A stretch of 64,000 nucleotides of DNA. Origin: an uncultured virus (IMG/VR IMGVR_UViG_3300013426_000032). Taxonomy: Duplodnaviria; Heunggongvirae; Uroviricota; Caudoviricetes. The stretch lies in IMG/VR virus record IMGVR_UViG_3300013426_000032; one strand, given 5' to 3'. The notes under the pieces were generated by a model. It had not been told where the DNA came from, ran no database searches, and was given only the letters and a program-made list of their open reading frames with translations. Below, piece after piece: positions 11,001-21,627 of this stretch. A program made the translations under genes and the position numbers. Positions within the stretch are counted from its first letter, which is position 1. Each line of letters opens with the position of its first letter.

Positions 11001-14000
11001 CATAACTGGATGTCCTGCTTTTAATTCACTTCTTAAAGTATTAAATGATGAATCTGATTTTCCTGTAAAGTTTTTAGTTAAATTTAAACCAAAATTACTT
11101 GCAATTAATGATGGCATGTTCCATCCCATTCCTCCAGCACCCCAAGCATTTTTTCCATAAGCCCATTTGGCTACTGTAAAAGGATTTATTTGTTTACCAA
11201 ACATTGTAGTTAACATCATAGCAGCAGATGTTGGTCCACAACCATAATTTGCTATATCAAAACGACCTATTTTTTGTTTATTCCATTGAGGGTCTGCTTG
11301 AGAATAATAAGCATAACCATTCATACTATTTACTGAGCCACTAGATTTATTAGAATCTCCAGCTCCACCTATCAAGAATTCTTCATCTTCAGATTTTTTA
11401 TTTTTTCTAGGATCATCATCTGTTATTATTTGATCTGCAGGTATACTTTCACCTAATTCTGTAGGATCTTCGTCTTTATTTAAGAAATATTGATTATAGT
11501 AACTTAAATTATCTGATGCATCTGTGAATTTATCATTATCACCAAAACCAGTTCCTCCATTTATACTATAATGATTTTCTCCCCATTTTTTTCTATATTC
11601 TTCACTAGTATAATAGAATGGATCAGATTTACTATTAGGGAATGTATAGAAAGTACCTGATGCCCCATATCTATTTTTTATCTTAGTTACAAATTGTTTA
11701 TATGCACTTCTATCTGATTTTTTAACAGATTTACCATTAGTAGTTACTGAAGTTAAATCACTAAAACAATCGTGTTCATTTACATATCTTGGTAATGTTC
11801 TTTTACCACCAACTATAACATCTTTTACTGCTTGGATAGCTGTTTTTACTGGATTGCCTGGGTGTTTATATCTATAAGCTCCATTAGCAAACCAACCACT
11901 TGTTGCTCTGTGTATTAAATTTTCAGTAGTAGCTTTTTCATTTCCAGATATATCGTTTAAGTTAGCCATTAATGATGCTTCTGCATAATGACCTTCTATT
12001 CCTGGTTGTTCCCCTTCAACTATATGAGCTAAACCTTTAATTTGTTGATCTGTTAAATTATATTTAGGGAATTCACCATTTCCTGTTACACCTGTAGCTT
12101 CAGAATTTTCAGGAGTTCCTGTTACACCAAATAAATCTACTTCTTTACCATTAAATACAGATGCTATATAATTTTGAGTAACCTTGTTCATTTTACCAAA
12201 CATACCCATTAATTCAACAGATTCTGTTGGAGTAGTTGCTGTTCCATCAGTAGTTCCATCAGTACTAGTACTATCAGAACCTGCTGCATTTGCTTCAGCT
12301 ATATTACCTAAATTCTTCATATAATCAGCATATGACATACCACCTTTAATTTTAACTCTATCAACTCCACTAGATTTATAAGTGTCGTAATAATTAAGAG
12401 GGTCTACACCATTAGAACCTTTACTAGTTCCACCTTTTAATACTTCAAAATGTACATGTGGTCCTGTAGAATGTCCTGTATTACCAGATGTTCCTAATTT
12501 TTGACCCATTTTAACAGTATCACCTTTTTTAACATCTTTTTTACTCATATGTGCCATACGATAATACATATCACCATCATTGGTTTTAATAACTAAAGCA
12601 TTACCATAAGACCAATGTCCGTTTTCACCAACAACTGTACCTGACTTAGGTGCATATAATGGTTGATAATGAACATTGTAATCAAGAGCACCATGTTCTC
12701 CTCTGGCATTTGCATAAGCAGATCTCTTTTGACCGAATAATGCAGTTATTCCACCTTTTGAAGGATCACAGAAATAACCCCAAGATACAGAATTATTTTT
12801 AGATGCATTTTCATCACCTGCTAAACCAGCATTATCGTTCGCAAACATACTTACATCATAAGTTCCTAATTTATCTCTCATAGTACTTTTATAAATACTA
12901 GTATCTATATCAGACATATCACCTGATGCTGGTATATCAGATAATTGCATTCTATTACTAAGACCATAAGCCATTGTTTTTGATATACCTGGTAAAACAT
13001 CTTGTATTTTATAATATCTACTAAACATTTTACCTTTTGGATCTTGAACAAATACTCGATCACCATCCATTCTAGATAACGTCACAACATGCCCATCTCT
13101 AGTATATGGTGAATTTGTAGTAGTAGCTTTACCTGAAACTACGACAGGTATTCCTTTAGATAATTTATCTTTTATGAAACTACCATAATTTGATGTTGCT
13201 TCAGAATAATTCATATTTAATTTATCTGCTATTTCTGGGAATAATGAGAATGTTGAATATCCTGGTAATTCATCTCTACCTAATGTTGCTATTATTTCAG
13301 GTGTAACCATCTTACCAGTTAATTGTGAAATAGCCATTGCAACTGAAGTAGGACCACATCCTGCATCAGCCATAGTTTTATTACCCAACATTTTTGTTGA
13401 CCATCGACCATCATTTTGACTATAAAATACCATTTTAGTATTAGATTTATTAATATTATTTGTAGTTGTATTATTATTTGTAGTTGGTGGTGCATTTAAA
13501 TAATCTGATTTGGATGGTGCAAATCGTTCATAATTTAATTTTCTTAAAAATGTTTTATCTTGTTCAGTCATACCAGATGTTCCTGCTTTTTTCTTCTTTT
13601 CTTTATCTTTTTTATCTTTTTCTTCTTCTTGGTGTTTCTTTATATTTTCTTGTCTTATTTCTCCTATGCCATCAGAATTTCCATTTCCTGATTTTGTAGA
13701 ACCAGATTCATTATTATCTGCTGCGTCTTTTGCTTCTTTATCATTATCTTCTAGTATGTCATCAACTAAATCTGTTACAGGATTACTAACAACGGAACCT
13801 TGAGAAGTATTAACATTAGCATTATTCATTATACCCATCATTGAACTCATCTTACTATTAAACATAGTGAATGTTTTCTTAGTTGATTCTTCGAATTTTT
13901 TAAGTTGAGCATCTAATTCTTTAGTCATACTTTTTCTATTTTTATCTAATTTTCTACTAGAAGCTTTATATGTGTCTGCTAAAGTTTTTTGTTGTTTAGT

Positions 14001-17000
14001 AAAAGATTTGGATATAAGCAATTGAGATTTAGTCATATCATCAGACATAGTTTCAGTTGATTTTTCATTTATATTTAATAGATCGGTAGCTTGTTCTTCT
14101 TTATTTAATTTTGTTGTAGTAATTCCCACTTTACCAAATAACGTTTCTATTGCATTAGGCATTTTTATATTAGCGTCTTCGTTTTGTTTCTTTATATCTT
14201 CAGGATTCATTTCTGGTTTTACTGCTGTATCTGATTGAACTTTATATTTCGCTTGTCGAGGACTTATGAATGTTTTAAGAGTATTAAATATAGAATGACC
14301 TGAACCTTCGCTTGTTTTTTCAGGTTTAACTTTACTATCAGGATTTATTTGTTGTTCTAATCCTGGAAGATCATCATCTCCAGCACCCATACCTGCTCTA
14401 CTATTAGGGTCTATTGTACTTTCATTATTTTTTTGCGTAGTTGTTTTAGTTTTACTATCTTCTTTTCCTCCTGTAGTTTTAGTTTTACTATCTTCCTTTT
14501 TAGTTTCATCTTTTTTCTTAACATTTGTCATTCCAAAGAAATTAAACATTTTATCAATGAAACCATGTTCTCTTTCTTTATCTTTAAGAGCATTTTCATT
14601 TCCATTTTTCTTTCTGTTTTGATTTCGTATTTCATCTAATCCACCAGTTAAACCACTACCTTCTGTTTCAGAAACAGTTTTTCCTTGTTTAAAATCTTTA
14701 TCTTTTTTAACTTCACCAGCATGGAAGAAATTCGCAACTTTTTTACCAAATAATGGATTAACAGTATCAGAATATGCCGCATTATTTAATTTAGTACCAT
14801 GTTGTTCATTATAATATGCTCTTTCTATTTGGTATTGATCTACATCACTAACTCCTAATTTTTTATGGTCGACTTTGGATGGATCTTTTCCTTTATAATC
14901 TTCCCAATTCGCTCCTGCAGCTTTTACTGCTTCTTCATATGTCATTATAGATCTTTTTTGAGATTCTGTCATATTACTTTCAAATTTATCGTTTTTCTTA
15001 ACAGAATTATATACATTTATACACAATTCTCTCAAGAATGAAAAATCTGCCACTACCTTTGTAATATCATTTACTAACCATATAACACCAAAATACCAGA
15101 AATTAGTTATTGCTTGGATACCAGAAGATATAGTTCTCATAGTTCCATCAACAGCATCTCCAGATACTTGGAATAAATTGGCAGCATTATCTTTAGTAAA
15201 ACCAGTAGTAAAATCATATAATGTCATACCTGCAGTTATTACTTGACCTATAACAGGTACAGTTTTAGCAATATCTTCTCCTATTTCTTGACCAATTCGT
15301 TTACCAAATCTTTTTATTATTGAATCCGTATTTTCTGTAAGTATTTTTGTTGCCTTTTCTGTAGCTTTTGTTGTATTTATACTTGATTTAGGGAATTTTT
15401 TAGCAAAGAATTCTGTAAATTTGCCAACCGCACTTTTTACTTTAGTTATAAATTTAGTCATGAAACCTTTAGATGCAACAGCTTCTTCAGTTCCTTCTTT
15501 AGCACCTTGTTTTAATGTTTTTTCAAATGTTTTTTCTACTGCGGATTTTTCTATTTTTTCTCCATTAACTTTAACTCCATTTTTAGTTATATCTCTAGCA
15601 GATTTTTTTGCAGTATCTTTAGTAACTTTTTCAGTAGTTTGCTTAGTTGTTTTTTCTGTAGTTTGTTTGATTGCATCTTCTGCTGCTTTTTCACTTGGTT
15701 TTATCCAACTTTTTATTTTACTACCACCCTTTTTAACAGCATTTTTAGTTTTAATAGCTCCTCTTACAACTTTTTCTCCTTTTTTAGTTACGAGTTTAGC
15801 TCCTTTATTAAGAGCTATTTGACCAGCTTTAGTAGATGTTCCACCTGTAACATATTCATCATCTTCATTTAATCTATTTTCATTATTTCCAGTATCTAAG
15901 AAATTTTTTAAACTAGAAAATGAATTTGTTATTATATCTTTAAGACTAGAACCATCTCCTAAAAATCCTAATAATTTAGCTATAAGAGCACCTATTCCTA
16001 ATATACCAATAAGTTTAAGAGCACCAGATAATAATCCTCCACCAAAGAATGATCCTAATAAACCTTTACCACCGAAAAGTTTTTCCCACCAACTTTGTTT
16101 TTTCTTATCTTGTTTTCCTATATTTTGTATTGCTTTTAATATTTGTGCTTTATATTTAGTTTCTTCTTCTTGTTTCTTTTCTTCGTCCCATTTATCTTGT
16201 AACCAATCAACATTTTTTCTAGAAACAAATTCTCTACGTTCATCATCTAATTGAGCTTTTGCTTGTTGTTCTTCTAATTCAGTCATTCCATGTCTATTAT
16301 CAGCTCTATCTCTAGCATCATCTTTTCTGAATTTACTCATCATTCTTCCAAAGAAACCTTGTTTCTTACCATCTTTAGAGCCAAATAATTTATCAACTAT
16401 AGAATGTTTCTTTTTACCTTTTTTAGATTTAGATGATTTTTCATCATTATCTGTATCATCTAATTCATCACTCATTTCTCTTAAATCGTCTGCTCCTTCT
16501 TTAGGAACAACCATTTCTCCTTTATGAAGTTCAGCAGCATAATCATCTTCTGGAACCTCATCAAGTCCTTCAGCATGTGAATGACCTTGTTTCTTAGCCA
16601 TTTCTTGTAATTGTTTTTTATAATTATCTTTTAACCAAGCTTCACCTGTTTTATCTTTATTTTTTAACGTATCAAATAATAATTGTGTTCTTTCTTTAGA
16701 AGATAATTTATTTATATCAGGTAATTCGTTATCTTTTTGAGATAGTGTTTTTCTAATTCTATCGTTATTTTTTATAACATCTAATATATTAGGAGCATCT
16801 TCCACAACTGGAGCATTATATTTACTATCTAATAAATATAGAAGTCTTCTAGGTAATGGTTTATCAGCAGGTAATTCTCTACGATTTGCTCTAACATTAG
16901 GATCAGAAACATAATCATCGTTTTCTCTCACTATATCTCTTAATCTTCTAGGTTTATTATTTTCATCAGTATTTTCCTCAATATCTCTAATTCTACGTCT

Positions 17001-20000
17001 AACTCTAGCTAATGGATCGGAAACTGCATCTTCCAATCTATTTATTAATCTTTCAGATCTGGTTGCTTGTTCTTGTAACATTTTTTCTGCTTCTTCTTCA
17101 GCAACTATTTCTCTCATTGATTTTCTAGGATATTTTTTACGTTTTTTAGTAGGTTGATTTTCATTATTTTTCCAATTTTCAGGATTTTCTTGATTAGAAG
17201 AATCTGTATTTTGTTGTTTAGGTCTAGGATAAGCTCTACGTTTTTTTGTTTGTTGTTCTTCCATTCCTAATTCTTTACCTTGTTTAATTAATTCATCTAA
17301 TTTATCAACTAATGATTTTTTTAAATTTTCTAATTGTTGTTTTTTGTCTTTATCAAAATCAGGTAAATTTTGTATAATATCTTCTATTTTAGATATACTT
17401 TCTTTAGTATCTTTAGTATCTTTTGCAATTTGTTCTGTTTTTAATGTATTTTGTTCAGCCATCCATTGTTGTCTTTCTTTAACTTCTTGCTCATGTTTTT
17501 CTCTTTGTTTTTTACTACCCCACTTCCAATTGTGTTGTTTACCATATTGACGGTCTTCTTCATATTGTTTCCACATATCTTCACGTTCTTGCTTTCTAGC
17601 TTCACGTTCTTCTTGTTTTTTACGTTTTCTTTCTTTTTCTTTTTCTTTATATTCGTCACTCATGTAAAAAATGTTATCTTTGTAATCTTGTCTTCTATCT
17701 TTCCATGATTTAAGAGTACCTCTTATAAAACCATATTGTTCTCTATTTTCTTTCATTTTACTTTTTCTTACATGACGTTTATTAAATTTATTTGCTAATC
17801 CTCCTACAGCTCCAGTAGCTATTTTTATAGGTAATGAAACCATTGTACCTAATACTTTACCTACCATAGATAATGCTGTACTAAATAATTTCTTTAAAGG
17901 ATTAACTACATATTTTTCTAATTTTTCACCAAATGGTTTTACTACATTATCATTAAATGCACCTACTATACCATCTGTCAAATTAGTCCATACTTCACTC
18001 ATTTTTTGTTTAGCATCATCAACTATAAATCTAAATGCTTGAGTTAAAGGTGCAAACATTTTTCTAAACGGTTCCACCACTTTATCTTCAACAAAATAAA
18101 GCATTCTATCTTTTATTTCTCCAGCTTGTATTTTAAATGGTGTCATTACTGTAGTTTGGAACCAATTAGTAAATTGTGTTAATATTCCTCCATATCTTCT
18201 ACCATCGGCTTCTTTATCACCAAATAACCATTGTTGGAATTTATCTGTAGATGCTAAAATACCCCCAGCTAATCCAAACATAGCACCAACTATAGGACCT
18301 CCAGGTAATAAGAATGAAGGTAGTAAACCTACACCTTGAGCTACTCCTGCTATTACACCTGAACCTCCTAAGAAAGTAGCTAATCTCTTATCAACTTTAG
18401 CTCCTGTACTTGGTAATCTATCTTTAAAGAATTTCATGAATTTACCATTCATTATACTTCTATTATCTTTATCATCAAAATTATCACCAAACATCCATTG
18501 TTGGAATTTATCTGTTTTAGAAACTATACCCATTCCAGCTCCTAATAAAGAACCTGTTATAGGACCACCAGGTAAAAAGAAGAATGGTAACATACCTACA
18601 CCAGCACCAACAGCTCCACCTATTTTGAGACCTTTAGAATGTTGATTAACCATATCTTGAATAGATTTAGGAATGAATCCACCCATTCGTTTTCCTTCTT
18701 GATCTTTTTCACCAAATAACCATTTATTGAAAGTTTCTGATTGTCTAAGAAAACTATAAGTTGTTGCTGTTAACATTCCTGCTATAGGACCACCAGGTAA
18801 TAAAATACTACCTAATAAACCTGCTTTTGCAACCACGGCAGTTTTAACTGTAGTTATAAGAGCACCTTTTCCTATTGCTTTTGGCATTCTTTCTTTTATT
18901 TTATTAGTTATACTGCCCATAGTTTCTCGCATATCTTCTTCAGATACACCTTTTCTACCAAATATCATTATTTTAAATTGCTTAAAACCATCCATGAAAT
19001 TTTCTGATATTGTTTGAAATACACTTTTCTTATCTCTATCATTTTGATTATTTTCTTCATCTTTACCAAATATTTTATTAAAACCTGATTTAATTTTATC
19101 TATTAGCCCACCTTCAGTTTTTATAATTTGACCTCTAGAACCTCTATATGCTCTACCAGTAAAATAAGATAATACTCCTCTATAAGTATCTTGTACTGTT
19201 CCTAAAATACCACTAAAATGATCTTCATTTCTAAAATCTTCTACTTTATCTTGAACATATTGCATCAATTCTTCGTCAGTAGTATCTTCATTTATACCAC
19301 CACCAAATAATATTTTATATACAGCATTATCTACAGTATTTGTAGTTCTATTTACAATATCTCCAAATCTACCCAATTTATCTGTTACTTTTCTACTAAA
19401 TCTATTCTGTTTAAATTCTTTAGCATTCTTTTTATCTCTAGCTTTATCTGCTGCTTCTTTTATTTTTTCAGAAAGTTCATCATCATCTAAATCTTCCATC
19501 CATTCAAAAGGATCTTCTTCATCATTATTAGTATTAAATTGATCACCATAATAAACTTTATAATAATCTTCACCTTCTAATATTCTAATTCTTTTTTTAT
19601 ATTCATCTTCAGCTTTTTTTCTATTATCAACAATATCATTATGTTTTCTAAACATATCTGTATTTGGATTACTTTTATCAAATTGAGGATATACTACTAT
19701 ACCCCTAGCTAACATTAACATAATATTAGATAAAATACCTTCTGTATCACCACTTCCTTTTAATAATGGACTTTTTGAATAATCATATTGTAATTTACCC
19801 ATTTCATCAAAAGTAGATTCGTTATATAATGTACTATACATATATTTTGTTGGATCTCTACGTATTTCATCCATAAATTGATTTGATGCTACTCTACTAT
19901 CAAATATCATATTACTAGCTAATTGAGATAATTGTTTTTTATCCATTTGACCCATTATTGCTCTAAATAATCTTTTTCTATCTTTATCCCAATTAAAACG

Positions 20001-21563
20001 ATCGCTTAATTCATCAACATCATTACCATCTAAATCTTTACTTATAAAAGGATTTATTATAGAACCTTTCTTAGTAATTGCTCTATAATATTCATTTAAA
20101 TCTTTTTCCATTTGTTGAGATAATTCATATGATATATCCATATTATCCATTATGGCATTAAAATTATTAGTAAATTCTCTGTAACCTGAAGTTTCATATT
20201 CTGCTAATTTTTCATCATAATTTTTTGATATTTTTTCTACTGATGTAAATTTACCAGTATTGGTATCAAATACTCTTTCTGGAGCTCCTGTTACAGCAGA
20301 TTCTATTCTTCTTAAATACGTAGGTATTATTTCAGTTAAAGCTTTATTTGCTAAACCATTCCAAGGCATTTCTCCCTGATGAAATTTATCTAAATGTACG
20401 GTTCTATCATATTTAACTTTAGAACCAAAAGTTTTATAAATATATTTTAAAATTTGACTATTTGAATCTTCAAAAGTATTTATTCTTGCTGTTATAGCAG
20501 GCATTATACTACTTAATGATTCATCTAAACTTTTAGTTATTTGACCGATGGCTGGTTTAAGTACATGAGTTAATCCCAATCCCATTAAACTACCCAATGG
20601 GTTTTTAACAAATTGGTTTAATACTGTAGTATCTTTTAGCATTGTACTCATTTGACTTGCTACTAAACTATCTTCTTTCATATTATTAATATTTGCTTTA
20701 ATTTGATCAAAGTATTTTGAAAATTTAAGATTTCCTCTATAACTGTATAAATTTTCAACATAATTATTATCAGCATCTTCTGTATTTGGCATTTTATTTG
20801 CACTAACTTTTTCTTCGAATGATGCTAGAAAATCTTCATAAAATTTAATAGATGCTGCATAATATTTAGTAGTTGAATCGCTATGAAATTGCACTAAAGT
20901 ACTCATATTTTCATTTATGGATTCTAACCCTCCAGCTACTGTATTCAATATTCTATTATCGACCATCATTTTTTCTGTAGCAAATGCTCTATTTTGTTCA
21001 TTTACTGCATCTAGTGCTTGAACTGTTGCTTGAGTTCCTGAAGCAACAACATTAGATAAAGGCATCATATCTATAACATTTTTAACAGTATTATTTTTAT
21101 TTATAGTAACTGAATCACTTTCATCTACAAACATGCTATCTTCATCATCATCTAAAAATTCAATACCCATGTCTTCACCGAATAATTCAGTCATCATATC
21201 TTCATCTTCATCAAATTTATCTTGAGAATATTTTCTTTCAGAATTATAAATATTACCAGATTTTATATCTTCTAAAGTATTACGTAACATATTTTTACCC
21301 ATTTCAATTTGAGGTATTTGTTTTAATTGTCTACCGACCATATTTCTAGAAGATATGTTTTTTCTCATATCCTGAACCATTCTCATTGTATCTGAAGCAT
21401 TTTGACTCATAAAATCTGCTGTATTTGGCATTAATTCTTTAGCTAAATCAGCAGATAAAAATCCCATACTTTTAGCTACATTATTAAACCAATTAGAATT
21501 TATAGGTCCTTTTTTAACTCTTTCACGTAAATTATGAATTTTATTTTCAGCCATATTTATCAT
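8070..21563 (-). CDS. Giant tape-measure-like tail protein with C-terminal cell-wall hydrolase array (3x C39-like peptidase, M23 peptidase, SleB/Hydrolase_2-like, SGNH esterase, phage tail lysozyme)
   Basis: 4497 aa. Helical N-terminus with Gly-rich hydrophobic PGGPI repeats and HAEGLDEVP...LHKGE. Three Y(F)SQxDxxW...GCGPTS.AM...GH(I/V)V...DP domains. M23: HGALD/HVHFEV. SGNH: GDS/GTND/DGVH. Lysozyme: AGIMGNMHTES...GICQW...FER. RBS spacing favours a start at ATG 21554. Confidence 0.8.
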   Translation of the reverse strand: MINMAENKIHNLRERVKKGPINSNWFNNVAKSMGFLSADLAKELMPNTADFMSQNASDTMRMVQDMRKNISSRNMVGRQLKQIPQIEMGKNMLRNTLEDIKSGNIYNSERKYSQDKFDEDEDMMTELFGEDMGIEFLDDDEDSMFVDESDSVTINKNNTVKNVIDMMPLSNVVASGTQATVQALDAVNEQNRAFATEKMMVDNRILNTVAGGLESINENMSTLVQFHSDSTTKYYAASIKFYEDFLASFEEKVSANKMPNTEDADNNYVENLYSYRGNLKFSKYFDQIKANINNMKEDSLVASQMSTMLKDTTVLNQFVKNPLGSLMGLGLTHVLKPAIGQITKSLDESLSSIMPAITARINTFEDSNSQILKYIYKTFGSKVKYDRTVHLDKFHQGEMPWNGLANKALTEIIPTYLRRIESAVTGAPERVFDTNTGKFTSVEKISKNYDEKLAEYETSGYREFTNNFNAIMDNMDISYELSQQMEKDLNEYYRAITKKGSIINPFISKDLDGNDVDELSDRFNWDKDRKRLFRAIMGQMDKKQLSQLASNMIFDSRVASNQFMDEIRRDPTKYMYSTLYNESTFDEMGKLQYDYSKSPLLKGSGDTEGILSNIMLMLARGIVVYPQFDKSNPNTDMFRKHNDIVDNRKKAEDEYKKRIRILEGEDYYKVYYGDQFNTNNDEEDPFEWMEDLDDDELSEKIKEAADKARDKKNAKEFKQNRFSRKVTDKLGRFGDIVNRTTNTVDNAVYKILFGGGINEDTTDEELMQYVQDKVEDFRNEDHFSGILGTVQDTYRGVLSYFTGRAYRGSRGQIIKTEGGLIDKIKSGFNKIFGKDEENNQNDRDKKSVFQTISENFMDGFKQFKIMIFGRKGVSEEDMRETMGSITNKIKERMPKAIGKGALITTVKTAVVAKAGLLGSILLPGGPIAGMLTATTYSFLRQSETFNKWLFGEKDQEGKRMGGFIPKSIQDMVNQHSKGLKIGGAVGAGVGMLPFFFLPGGPITGSLLGAGMGIVSKTDKFQQWMFGDNFDDKDNRSIMNGKFMKFFKDRLPSTGAKVDKRLATFLGGSGVIAGVAQGVGLLPSFLLPGGPIVGAMFGLAGGILASTDKFQQWLFGDKEADGRRYGGILTQFTNWFQTTVMTPFKIQAGEIKDRMLYFVEDKVVEPFRKMFAPLTQAFRFIVDDAKQKMSEVWTNLTDGIVGAFNDNVVKPFGEKLEKYVVNPLKKLFSTALSMVGKVLGTMVSLPIKIATGAVGGLANKFNKRHVRKSKMKENREQYGFIRGTLKSWKDRRQDYKDNIFYMSDEYKEKEKERKRKKQEEREARKQEREDMWKQYEEDRQYGKQHNWKWGSKKQREKHEQEVKERQQWMAEQNTLKTEQIAKDTKDTKESISKIEDIIQNLPDFDKDKKQQLENLKKSLVDKLDELIKQGKELGMEEQQTKKRRAYPRPKQQNTDSSNQENPENWKNNENQPTKKRKKYPRKSMREIVAEEEAEKMLQEQATRSERLINRLEDAVSDPLARVRRRIRDIEENTDENNKPRRLRDIVRENDDYVSDPNVRANRRELPADKPLPRRLLYLLDSKYNAPVVEDAPNILDVIKNNDRIRKTLSQKDNELPDINKLSSKERTQLLFDTLKNKDKTGEAWLKDNYKKQLQEMAKKQGHSHAEGLDEVPEDDYAAELHKGEMVVPKEGADDLREMSDELDDTDNDEKSSKSKKGKKKHSIVDKLFGSKDGKKQGFFGRMMSKFRKDDARDRADNRHGMTELEEQQAKAQLDDERREFVSRKNVDWLQDKWDEEKKQEEETKYKAQILKAIQNIGKQDKKKQSWWEKLFGGKGLLGSFFGGGLLSGALKLIGILGIGALIAKLLGFLGDGSSLKDIITNSFSSLKNFLDTGNNENRLNEDDEYVTGGTSTKAGQIALNKGAKLVTKKGEKVVRGAIKTKNAVKKGGSKIKSWIKPSEKAAEDAIKQTTEKTTKQTTEKVTKDTAKKSARDITKNGVKVNGEKIEKSAVEKTFEKTLKQGAKEGTEEAVASKGFMTKFITKVKSAVGKFTEFFAKKFPKSSINTTKATEKATKILTENTDSIIKRFGKRIGQEIGEDIAKTVPVIGQVITAGMTLYDFTTGFTKDNAANLFQVSGDAVDGTMRTISSGIQAITNFWYFGVIWLVNDITKVVADFSFLRELCINVYNSVKKNDKFESNMTESQKRSIMTYEEAVKAAGANWEDYKGKDPSKVDHKKLGVSDVDQYQIERAYYNEQHGTKLNNAAYSDTVNPLFGKKVANFFHAGEVKKDKDFKQGKTVSETEGSGLTGGLDEIRNQNRKKNGNENALKDKEREHGFIDKMFNFFGMTNVKKKDETKKEDSKTKTTGGKEDSKTKTTTQKNNESTIDPNSRAGMGAGDDDLPGLEQQINPDSKVKPEKTSEGSGHSIFNTLKTFISPRQAKYKVQSDTAVKPEMNPEDIKKQNEDANIKMPNAIETLFGKVGITTTKLNKEEQATDLLNINEKSTETMSDDMTKSQLLISKSFTKQQKTLADTYKASSRKLDKNRKSMTKELDAQLKKFEESTKKTFTMFNSKMSSMMGIMNNANVNTSQGSVVSNPVTDLVDDILEDNDKEAKDAADNNESGSTKSGNGNSDGIGEIRQENIKKHQEEEKDKKDKEKKKKAGTSGMTEQDKTFLRKLNYERFAPSKSDYLNAPPTTNNNTTTNNINKSNTKMVFYSQNDGRWSTKMLGNKTMADAGCGPTSVAMAISQLTGKMVTPEIIATLGRDELPGYSTFSLFPEIADKLNMNYSEATSNYGSFIKDKLSKGIPVVVSGKATTTNSPYTRDGHVVTLSRMDGDRVFVQDPKGKMFSRYYKIQDVLPGISKTMAYGLSNRMQLSDIPASGDMSDIDTSIYKSTMRDKLGTYDVSMFANDNAGLAGDENASKNNSVSWGYFCDPSKGGITALFGQKRSAYANARGEHGALDYNVHYQPLYAPKSGTVVGENGHWSYGNALVIKTNDGDMYYRMAHMSKKDVKKGDTVKMGQKLGTSGNTGHSTGPHVHFEVLKGGTSKGSNGVDPLNYYDTYKSSGVDRVKIKGGMSYADYMKNLGNIAEANAAGSDSTSTDGTTDGTATTPTESVELMGMFGKMNKVTQNYIASVFNGKEVDLFGVTGTPENSEATGVTGNGEFPKYNLTDQQIKGLAHIVEGEQPGIEGHYAEASLMANLNDISGNEKATTENLIHRATSGWFANGAYRYKHPGNPVKTAIQAVKDVIVGGKRTLPRYVNEHDCFSDLTSVTTNGKSVKKSDRSAYKQFVTKIKNRYGASGTFYTFPNSKSDPFYYTSEEYRKKWGENHYSINGGTGFGDNDKFTDASDNLSYYNQYFLNKDEDPTELGESIPADQIITDDDPRKNKKSEDEEFLIGGAGDSNKSSGSVNSMNGYAYYSQADPQWNKQKIGRFDIANYGCGPTSAAMMLTTMFGKQINPFTVAKWAYGKNAWGAGGMGWNMPSLIASNFGLNLTKNFTGKSDSSFNTLRSELKAGHPVMLSGKAPDRAENTPFTPKGHIVLAVGTNGNNIVINDPRSSKRAKAYTQDQMKRGTGMRLGWAFAKTSKAKIPSGIQVDGDFVPGQNITTVDGTTDETATTPTESIELMGMFSKLNKVSQNYIASVFNGKEVDLFGTTNTTPSVTNTTSSGGSISSSEWDNTMFMGDSIMVPMSSAGKIPKERVAAVGGDTALKGFKQVDKIVKRKPPLVIMNYGTNDSAYFIDMKKYRNKWFKEKYIELINKVKAGSPNTKVALNQVFESTAKIYKDTIPEVQPIVSEVASQTGSILVDVRDINKQGKDYHTADGVHFTSAFYPVWLNALKSKLVGGSGTGYGDLSNIPYLTDDQDLGEQLMGDDEYAGKADDTSTTNNDSGSSEFPASANNFAYFSQYDPRWNNETIDGVKVIKAGCGPTSHAMMLTNAFGKVINPLTMTKWAFKHNGWDSGGMKWNLPDVVASEFGFKIPYTQEGHANETLSKLKEEIKAGRPVVMSGTASAKSDDNPFTPNGHIVLGVGVDGSGNMIINDPRDILHSKAYPDSVLQKGVGLKKAWSFEKTENAKIPEDVTVDGDYTATGGTTNTNTTQTESIDLLGVFSKMNKVIQNYVASIFNGKEVDLFGTTTTTTSDGSNPDVSNISDNRKAVWTYFTGKGYTNEATAGIMGNMHTESGGTYDPSIIQGNGKGPAAGICQWENYNTKSARWKELSDYASSKGKNWDDLQSQLEFIDMELAGKSKDTYTNTLLKKKVGGYDGYKKLTDIETAVKAFESSFERAGVKAYDKRVKYGKENYDLFAGGSAGNGDGRAGTGGGDGNTYLINPAGGSTKIRNTNSSSRAGMGAGDSPLPSIKHKQEKLSTTKEIRAGLGAGLEKLKQLAKNSELKNNSIQLHNTVIEASKNSQLSDAMVESLIEMLTELKEINKNTAETAQNVSKIQVYSENEPISNHTKKGANGTKKITAPNNQRVGITNDSNYKTARSIASFTTL
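9159..12226 (-). repeat. Three copies of a ~33-aa linker (ES(I/V)(E/D)L(M/L)G(M/V)F.K.NKV.QNY(I/V)AS(V/I)FNGKEVDLFG) at ~9159-9257, ~10599-10697, ~12126-12226
   Basis: 53-bp identical DNA at 10599-10651 and 12126-12178; third copy diverged. Confidence 0.9.
18210..18830 (-). repeat. Three hydrophobic LPGGPI...F(N/Q)(K/Q)W(L/M)FG repeats in tape-measure protein
   Basis: Seen in the translation; Gly-rich, membrane-interacting-like segments. Confidence 0.75.
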
Positions 21564-21593
21564 TCCTTTCTTTAAGATTTTAATTATTCCACT

Positions 21594-21605
21594 TAGTTAA
21601 TTGTT
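21594..21605 (-). promoter_or_regulatory. Putative late promoter of tape-measure gene
   Basis: Minus strand AACA-ATTAAC-TA. Confidence 0.65.
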
Positions 21606-21627
21606 TTTTATATATAATTAAACAACC

